A stretch of DNA of 64,000 nt, taken from IMG/VR virus record IMGVR_UViG_3300032083_001576, positions 3,013-67,012 of that record, one strand, 5' to 3'. A program made the translations under genes and the position numbers. Origin of the DNA: a virus. Positions 57,907-64,000 of this stretch are shown one piece after another. The notes beneath the pieces are model-generated. The model saw only the letters and a program-made list of their open reading frames with translations. It made no database searches and was not told where the DNA came from. Within the stretch, counting starts at the first letter, position 1. Each line of letters opens with the position of its first letter.

Positions 57907-58025
57907 TAATTATTACCTCTTCTTTTAAATCTTTTAATTTGAGCTGGTGTTCTACCAGTTCTTTCCAATATTTTATTTTTCTTTCTTCTTTCTTGTTTTC
58001 TTAATTTAGCTGCTTTGTTTGGCAT
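57906..58025 (-). CDS. very basic 39-aa protein MPNKAAKLRKQERRKKNKILERTGRTPAQIKRFKRRGNN
   Basis: TAATG overlaps at both ends; not in ORF track. Confidence 0.75.
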   Translation of the reverse strand: MPNKAAKLRKQERRKKNKILERTGRTPAQIKRFKRRGNN

Positions 58026-58498
58026 TATCTTGGCCTTTCTTCTATTTGTAATGATGATAACCTTGAACGATGTGCTGTCGCTACAATGTTGTGTTTAAAG
58101 TTTGGATGTCCTCCGAATAATTGTGGTTCTGTTGTTCCATTGATTTCCCAATAATAATCATTCCAATCCACAATGTCACCAATTTCAGGATAGAAATTCA
58201 ATGAACCACTTGATAGATTTTCTCTTTGGAAAAACATTTCAATTGAAGAATTTAAATCAGCACCAAACTCATCTTGTATGATTTCTGGTTCATTGTAATT
58301 TATCAAACAATTGACTCTGAATCCAATATCATAATATTTAGCAGTTGATTCACCATACAAATTGTCTTCCGTTCTATCAACATTTACTTTATAAATATCA
58401 ACAGATTGTCCGACAATTTCGTCAATCAATTCTTCATTCATTTGATTGATTAAATCAAATTCTTTTTGTGGTATAAAAAATGGTTTTGTTTGACTCAT
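58025..58498 (-). CDS. head closure / neck protein (gp14-like)
   Basis: NLYGES, PEIGDIV..W..YWEI; follows gp13-like gene. Confidence 0.75.
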   Translation of the reverse strand: MSQTKPFFIPQKEFDLINQMNEELIDEIVGQSVDIYKVNVDRTEDNLYGESTAKYYDIGFRVNCLINYNEPEIIQDEFGADLNSSIEMFFQRENLSSGSLNFYPEIGDIVDWNDYYWEINGTTEPQLFGGHPNFKHNIVATAHRSRLSSLQIEERPR

Positions 58499-58502
58499 TT
58501 AA

Positions 58503-59687
58503 TTATCCTATGTATATTTTCAATGGTGCTTTATTCAATACCTCTTGTTGAGCATTTGCTACTTCTTGTTCTGTCAACGCTTGTTCTTTCTTACTAACAT
58601 TTTCTAAGAATGTGCTCAATTCCTCTAATAAATTTGCCTTTTCTTCTCTACCCTCTGATTTCAATGCTTCACCATCCATAGATACTTCACCATTTGGTAA
58701 TGGTAATGAAGCGTATTTACTTCTGATAATTCCTAATAATTCTTTTGCTAATGCTAATGTGTATTTACGAATCCAATTTCTACCCATTGAATTTATTTCC
58801 GAATAGGTAATAAATTTATATGGAATGTTTGATGGGTCGGATACTTTAGCTACTGTGTAATCTTGTGTTACATCAATTCTATCATTTCTTTTGTAATAAT
58901 GAAAGTATATTTTTTCACCAGCGTCATCTGATTCTGGTCTTGGAAAAATTCTTAATTTATTATTTATTAATTCAAATGAATACGCTGCTTTTCTAACTAA
59001 ATCATTTGTTTCAATTGCATTTGCTCTAGCTAAATCATATGATATTGGTCTTAATATATAAGATACTGCTGGTGATACATTACCGAATCCAAATGAATCC
59101 AATAATTCAATGTTATCATAAGTTCCAGCGAATGGGTCGTAGAATTTAGATATAGCAGCAGGACCTTGATTAAACACTCGTTGTATTTCTAATCTATTTC
59201 CACTTCCAATACTTGATTCTAAACTAGCCTCAGTTGGTAAATCATAAACTTGTTGAGAACCTGTCAATACAATTGAACCTGTAAACATAGTAGCATTACC
59301 ACCAACATTTACAGCTTGTCCGTATTGTTCTGATAAAGTGAATAAAGACATTCCACCATTTGGAGTTTCAGCTTGATGTGAACCCGTTGAACTAAAATTA
59401 GAACCAGTAGTAGTATTTCCATAATGTTCCCACATCCAATTTCTTGTATTATAATGATTAATTTGTTGTGAATATTCCGATACTGCCTCTTCAAAACAAG
59501 CATACATTGAACCACTATTAAATTCCAACTGCATAACTGGATGTCCAAGTTTACTAGCTACATATTTACAAACTGTTAAACTATCGGTTTGAAATTCTGA
59601 ATCTGCGTCGTATATTCCGTGTGGTGTTGAACCAGTAACCTCTAAAGCTGATGATGGTTCTACATATAAAAATTCAAATTTTGACAT
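58503..59687 (-). CDS. neck / head-tail adaptor (gp13-like)
   Basis: LGHPVMQLE, WIRKYTLALAKELLG..RSKY...P.G.V.MDG. Confidence 0.85.
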   Translation of the reverse strand: MSKFEFLYVEPSSALEVTGSTPHGIYDADSEFQTDSLTVCKYVASKLGHPVMQLEFNSGSMYACFEEAVSEYSQQINHYNTRNWMWEHYGNTTTGSNFSSTGSHQAETPNGGMSLFTLSEQYGQAVNVGGNATMFTGSIVLTGSQQVYDLPTEASLESSIGSGNRLEIQRVFNQGPAAISKFYDPFAGTYDNIELLDSFGFGNVSPAVSYILRPISYDLARANAIETNDLVRKAAYSFELINNKLRIFPRPESDDAGEKIYFHYYKRNDRIDVTQDYTVAKVSDPSNIPYKFITYSEINSMGRNWIRKYTLALAKELLGIIRSKYASLPLPNGEVSMDGEALKSEGREEKANLLEELSTFLENVSKKEQALTEQEVANAQQEVLNKAPLKIYIG

Positions 59688-59715
59688 TAATATTCTCCAA
59701 ATGGGTATAATTCTT

Positions 59716-59728
59716 CATATATAAATAT
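59716..59728 (-). promoter_or_regulatory. late-type promoter motif ATATTTATATATG
   Basis: Exact 13-mer just downstream of a terminator. Confidence 0.7.
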
Positions 59729-59738
59729 CAAAGAAAAC

Positions 59739-59770
59739 AAAAAAGGGTGAGAAATAAATCCCACCCTTTT
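59739..59770 (-). terminator. intrinsic terminator
   Basis: AAAAGGGTGGGA/TCTCACCCTTTT stem plus U-tract. Confidence 0.85.
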
Positions 59771-59796
59771 GAGTTATTGTTTTTAAGGTTTAGTTA

Positions 59797-60384
59797 TTAT
59801 ACAGTTGTTCCATAGAACTCTATTTTAATTACACCCGCTGAATAATCACCATCTGTAGCTGCACCAGCAACTAAATAAAAATATTGATTAGCCGATGGGA
59901 AACCAGTAATTGCCCAATATTCTTTTTCTGCTGCCAAATCACCATTATTTAATAAAGTACCATTGTTAGTACCAGCTGATAATGCTGAATCTTCTGCAAG
60001 AGTTGCTTCATCTGCAAATGCTAAATTGATGTCTGGGTCACCACCCGCAGGTGTTTCAATACAAGACATTTCAACTGCAAACAAAGTACCCATTACATCT
60101 GTTGTATATTGTCCAATGTTAGCACTAGCCGCACCATCGTTACCAATAATATCATCAGCTGCAGTTGAACGAATACCTGTTAAGTCAATCAATACAGTAG
60201 TTTTAGTTATTCCACCTAAGTCTTGAGCCCAACTTTTAAATAAAGCTGCGTCTGAAAAACCAGAACCGGCTACTAAACCTGTATTTCCATTTAACTTTAC
60301 TTTACCAGTGGCTGCTCCACCATCTACCAAAGATACAGCACTTTCTCTTTTCGTTACTTTATATTTTCCTATTCTGTTTGCCAT
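59797..60384 (-). CDS. putative virion structural / head decoration protein
   Basis: Ala/Gly/Thr-rich beta protein after capsid gene, own promoter motif and terminator. Confidence 0.6.
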   Translation of the reverse strand: MANRIGKYKVTKRESAVSLVDGGAATGKVKLNGNTGLVAGSGFSDAALFKSWAQDLGGITKTTVLIDLTGIRSTAADDIIGNDGAASANIGQYTTDVMGTLFAVEMSCIETPAGGDPDINLAFADEATLAEDSALSAGTNNGTLLNNGDLAAEKEYWAITGFPSANQYFYLVAGAATDGDYSAGVIKIEFYGTTV

Positions 60385-60394
60385 TTTTTATTCT

Positions 60395-60470
60395 CCTAAT
60401 GTTGAGTCACTACTCTCAGGATTGTTAATTTTTTTATACTAATGGTGTTTAGTGACTACTTCCACTAGTA
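60395..60470 (-). promoter_or_regulatory. candidate structured 5' leader (pseudoknot / SD-sequestering hairpin)
   Basis: Stem UACUAGUGG/CCAUUAGUA whose loop AGUCACUA is complementary to UAGUGACU 7 nt before the SD. Confidence 0.5.
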
Positions 60471-60487
60471 AATTATAAAATATAATT

Positions 60488-60500
60488 CATATATAAATAT
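60488..60500 (-). promoter_or_regulatory. late-type promoter motif ATATTTATATATG
   Basis: Exact 13-mer just downstream of capsid terminator. Confidence 0.7.
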
Positions 60501-60511
60501 TGAATAAAAAG

Positions 60512-60540
60512 AAAAACCCCTAAATTAATAGGGGTTTTTT
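60512..60540 (-). terminator. intrinsic terminator after major capsid gene
   Basis: AAAAACCCCTA/TAGGGGTTTTT stem. Confidence 0.88.
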
Positions 60541-60566
60541 CTTATCTAAGTTTGTAAAAAATTAAC

Positions 60567-62297
60567 TTACACTAAGTTTAAGTCTTTACAAGAGATTGTA
60601 CCATAAAACTCTGGTCTAATCATTTTCTTAGCATATCGTGTCATTACACCTTTTCTTGGTGTGAAGTCACTTGGGTCGTATACTAATGGAGTCATGATTA
60701 ATGGTACATATGGAGAATATACAGCACCAGTTTCTAAGAAATTACTTCCTCTGAAACCAACAAGTATTTTGTTCTCAGTCATGTAAGGATTCTTATAAAC
60801 AGTAAATCTGTTTTGTAATTGTCCTGCAACTTGTATTCCAGCTGCGAACTGAGTTTTATTTCCATCTGTGTTAGTCATGTATCCTGGAATTGATTCTAAG
60901 ATTGTTGCAACAGTCGGAGAAACAACTACGAAGTTAGCACCACCTCTAAGAGTTAATCTTTGGATTTCGTTAGAAACCTTTTGGATTTTACCCAATAGAG
61001 TTTGATACCATTCATATCTTGTTCCATAGAATGTTGTAATAGCCCAAGCACTTTCATCAGTACCTGAACCATCATAATCTTCACCAGGAGTAGCAGACCA
61101 AAACTCTTCTGTTACTGCATCTGATACTAACATATCTAAGATTTCTAAATCAATTTCCATTGAAATGTACTCACTTAACATAGATGTTAATTCAGCTTCA
61201 GCGTCAACAGAATGATAAGCATTTAAGTCTTGAGCTAACTCAGGAGACCATACAGCTTTTAGTTTTCTTGTTTTAGCAACAATAGCTTGAGACTTTAATT
61301 GTAAGTCAACTTCAGGTATTGCAAGTGTATCACTTGTAGCATCACCTGCTGTATCTTCAAAGTCACCTCTATTAGCTTCAGTTGGTTGTTCTGAGAAAGT
61401 AACAGCAACAGTATCACCAGTTAGTCTACCATCAGTAGCACCACTACCATTTAATGCAGCTGCACCTGAAACAATGAACTCAATATTACCATCACCATTT
61501 ACTTTTGTAAATTGTGGTAATGATTGTGATATTGCAGCACTTGAACCAGTGATGTTAAACGACCTAACTGCTTTTTCATCAACATTTGTTAAGTCAGCAC
61601 CAAACACAGTAATTTTCACTAACTCATCAGCTGCTAATGAAGCACTAAACTCTTGGTTAAAGTTAATGTCTTTGTAAGTAACTGAACTGGTTATACAAGC
61701 ACCAGATTCTATACCACCAGTTGCATCGACAGTAAATGGAGCACTTGATTGATTCATTGAATAATCATATCTACCTTCACCATAAAGACCACCAACACCG
61801 TAAGGAGCAGATGAACCAGATGGAGTGTTAGGACCAGTTTTACCACCTAATGAAGTAACATTACTACCATCAGCGATTGGAGTGCCTGTTTTACCAACTG
61901 AGTTTGCACCATATCCTTCAACAGATTTACCATATTTAAAGTCTAAGTAAAATACAAGACCAGATGGTAAGTTCATTGGCTGAACTGATACAAAGTCTTG
62001 AGCTGCTAACTCACCAAAAATTCTACGAACTAATGGTAGAGCAACACCAGACCATTCTTCAGAACCAGCAGCTGTTGCAGTACCTGTTCCAGCACCACCA
62101 CCAGTTGAAGAGTTTTCTGAAATTAGCTGTTTTGCTTGGTTTTCAAGCATTGTAGCCATTCCACTTCTTTGAAATTCCTCATTCAAACCATCAAGAAGAC
62201 CTGTTTTGTCCCATTTATTAACTAAGGACTTAGCTTCATCTTGTTGTTTCTTATAAGGAGACGCATCTAATAATGCATCGTTTATATAGTTTGACAT
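60567..62297 (-). CDS. gp23: major capsid protein (gp23-like)
   Basis: PLVRR, VQPMNLPSGLVF, AKTRKLKA.WS.ELAQDL.AYH, EID.EIL, YSPYVPL, F.PRKG.MTRY. Confidence 0.97.
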   Translation of the reverse strand: MSNYINDALLDASPYKKQQDEAKSLVNKWDKTGLLDGLNEEFQRSGMATMLENQAKQLISENSSTGGGAGTGTATAAGSEEWSGVALPLVRRIFGELAAQDFVSVQPMNLPSGLVFYLDFKYGKSVEGYGANSVGKTGTPIADGSNVTSLGGKTGPNTPSGSSAPYGVGGLYGEGRYDYSMNQSSAPFTVDATGGIESGACITSSVTYKDINFNQEFSASLAADELVKITVFGADLTNVDEKAVRSFNITGSSAAISQSLPQFTKVNGDGNIEFIVSGAAALNGSGATDGRLTGDTVAVTFSEQPTEANRGDFEDTAGDATSDTLAIPEVDLQLKSQAIVAKTRKLKAVWSPELAQDLNAYHSVDAEAELTSMLSEYISMEIDLEILDMLVSDAVTEEFWSATPGEDYDGSGTDESAWAITTFYGTRYEWYQTLLGKIQKVSNEIQRLTLRGGANFVVVSPTVATILESIPGYMTNTDGNKTQFAAGIQVAGQLQNRFTVYKNPYMTENKILVGFRGSNFLETGAVYSPYVPLIMTPLVYDPSDFTPRKGVMTRYAKKMIRPEFYGTISCKDLNLV

Positions 62298-62315
62298 TTC
62301 TATTATCTCCTAATA

Positions 62316-63332
62316 TTAAAGTAATCCAGCAAGTTTTCTAAACCTGTCAGCAACTTGATTTTCTTCAGAAATCACTTTACGAGATTCATCAGATGGTTTA
62401 GTTGAACCGACAGCAGAACTAGCTGATTCACTTATTGATTTTTTTGTTACAGTTGAGCCATCATAATTGAACTGTTCTGCAAGTGTAGAATAAACAAGTT
62501 TAATCTCTCTTGTAGTTTGTGCTCTATCAAATGTTTCAACCACTTTAAGTTTTTGGTTATTATCTAAACTATATTGTTTGAACAATTTATTTGTAAACAA
62601 TAATTTAGCATTCAAGATGTTAACTTCGTGAAGTTTATCTTTTAAGAAAACAACTGCTTCTTTGTATTCTTTCAATTCAGCTTCAATGTCAGAAGATTCT
62701 TTCATACCAGTTTTACCTTTACCGATACCTGATGATACGTCTGTATTATCTGTTTTGTTATCACCTTTGCCGATACCAGATGATTTATCTAATTCTTCAT
62801 CAACAGTATCTTCATCTTCTTCAAGAGCAGCTTCATCGATTTCATACTCTTCTTCGATTTCTTCAGATTCATCCATGTGTTCACCTTCTTCAGCATCATC
62901 ATCTTCACCTTCAGATAATTCATCCTCAAGTTCTTTAATGATAGCTTCTAAATCAAGGTTTCCTTCATCCATGTCGTCATCTTCGTCATGCATTCCTTCT
63001 TCAGCTTCATCGTCATGCATTCCTTCTTCTCTTTCTTCAACATCATCCTCATCATCTTCGTAAACACCTTCTTCACGCTCATCACCTTCTTCAGCTTCAT
63101 CATCGTGTTCACCCTCTTCAGCGTGTTCACCTTCTTCAGCTTCATCATCGTGTTCGCCTTCATCGTGCATACCTTCATCTTCTACATCGTCTTCTTCCTC
63201 TTTCAATTTAGCTGACAACATAGATTTGATTTGAGGTGTGAATGCTTCTTCTAATGCCATCTTTGCATTTTCTAATGCAGTTTCTCTAACCGCTTTAGCA
63301 TCTGCAATGGCTTCTTTTAAAATATCTCCCAT
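62316..63332 (-). CDS. prohead scaffolding / core protein (gp22-like) with acidic repeats
   Basis: Directly upstream of capsid gene, extremely acidic centre, coiled-coil ends, C-terminal RFRKLAGL. Confidence 0.8.
   Translation of the reverse strand: MGDILKEAIADAKAVRETALENAKMALEEAFTPQIKSMLSAKLKEEEDDVEDEGMHDEGEHDDEAEEGEHAEEGEHDDEAEEGDEREEGVYEDDEDDVEEREEGMHDDEAEEGMHDEDDDMDEGNLDLEAIIKELEDELSEGEDDDAEEGEHMDESEEIEEEYEIDEAALEEDEDTVDEELDKSSGIGKGDNKTDNTDVSSGIGKGKTGMKESSDIEAELKEYKEAVVFLKDKLHEVNILNAKLLFTNKLFKQYSLDNNQKLKVVETFDRAQTTREIKLVYSTLAEQFNYDGSTVTKKSISESASSAVGSTKPSDESRKVISEENQVADRFRKLAGLL
62966..63190 (-). repeat. imperfect coding repeats EEG(M/E)HDDEA
   Basis: Repeated cttcttcagcttcatc units at about 62996, 63086 and 63131. 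Confidence 0.8.
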
Positions 63333-63437
63333 GATATTTTCTCCTCAATGTATTTTTTGGAATAAGTTTATTTGGAAACTTAATATGTGTTAAGTTATAT
63401 TTAGACACCACATAGGTTGGTGGTGTATTGTAGGTTT

Positions 63438-63450
63438 CATAGATAAATAT
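63438..63450 (-). promoter_or_regulatory. late-type promoter motif ATATTTATCTATG
   Basis: One mismatch to the 13-mer, upstream of scaffold-capsid operon. Confidence 0.68.
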
Positions 63451-63467
63451 TAAAAATTAATAAAAAA

Positions 63468-64000
63468 CTACAATATTTTTTTATGTTTTTTTATAGCTAA
63501 TTTTTTAAAATCTTCTGTAAGTAAATTATCGTACCATTTAGTTTTTTTCAATTTATCGTTGGCTTCATGTAGGTCTTTCTTTTTCGCTAAATTATACAAT
63601 ACACAAGGTGCTTTTTTTCTCGTATCCACACCAGCTATATTGAAATCTTCATATGGTGAAAACATTAACAACTTAATATCTTTCATACCATTTTCTTTTA
63701 TTTGTTCATTAATAAATTTCTGATAGGACTTCCTTTTTACATTCTTCATATCATCACCAACATGTAGAATCAAACCAGTTTTGAAATCAGATTCTTTCCA
63801 TTCTTTAATTACTTCAATCAAAGATTTATCCATATCAGAAGTATACACCATAAATTTAATATTACCAGTTTGTAAGTCACCAGCAATAAAAGGACATATG
63901 GGCATATTATTGAATGTGGGATTTGGTGTTTGTAAGAAATCCAAGTATTCAAATAATTTATTTATTATTTGTTCGTGAGTATTAATAATTCTCTTTTTCT
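63468..64000 (-). CDS. hypothetical protein (partial; DUF1415-like CPF motif)
   Basis: Frame stays open to the window end, so the true start is probably outside the window. Confidence 0.65.
   Translation of the reverse strand, partial: KKRIINTHEQIINKLFEYLDFLQTPNPTFNNMPICPFIAGDLQTGNIKFMVYTSDMDKSLIEVIKEWKESDFKTGLILHVGDDMKNVKRKSYQKFINEQIKENGMKDIKLLMFSPYEDFNIAGVDTRKKAPCVLYNLAKKKDLHEANDKLKKTKWYDNLLTEDFKKLAIKKHKKIL

Noticed and set aside
5-63978. All plus-strand ORFs and nested short minus-strand ORFs in the ORF track (e.g. 48196..48756, 53545..53931, 62662..63063)
   Set aside because: They are antisense or alternate-frame shadows of long, recognisable minus-strand genes and have no motifs of their own.
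1-64000. Stop-codon reassignment, introns/inteins, tRNA genes
   Set aside because: Conserved genes are full length under code 11 with TAA, TAG and TGA all used as stops; PolB, helicase and NrdJ have normal lengths; no cloverleaf recognised in the short intergenic gaps.

Overview
AT-rich segment of a large T4-related (far-T4/RM378-like) myovirus genome. Every credible gene is on the minus strand and uses the standard genetic code. In transcription order (high to low coordinates) there are four modules. (1) Head, neck, tail and baseplate genes, 63.9-42.7 kb: scaffold, gp23 capsid, gp13/14/15-like, sheath, tube, GH108 lysin, chaperone pair, tape measure, baseplate. (2) A replication/recombination module, 42.7-23 kb: an atypical family-A polymerase plus a family-B polymerase, gp32, UvsX, 5'-3' exonuclease, helicase, NrdJ, clamp and clamp loaders, Mom-like DNA modifier, Cas4-like nuclease. 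(3) A ~22 kb glycan-biosynthesis island, 23-1.1 kb. (4) A lipoprotein and small ORFs. Two promoter classes are visible: AAGC-TTGACT-N18-TATATT (early-type) and ATATTTATATATG (late-type). Most notable observations: chimeric mini-ORFs that repeat the 3' end of an anchor glycosyltransferase between successive glyco-genes, suggesting polarised cassette accretion; a late-type promoter heading the glycan island, with [ST]-x-S motifs shared by virion proteins (candidate virion glycosylation); a PolA lacking the steric-gate Glu; a probable +1/-2 frameshift in the tail-chaperone pair; and structured 5' leaders. All protein calls are from motif recognition by eye; no database searches were run.
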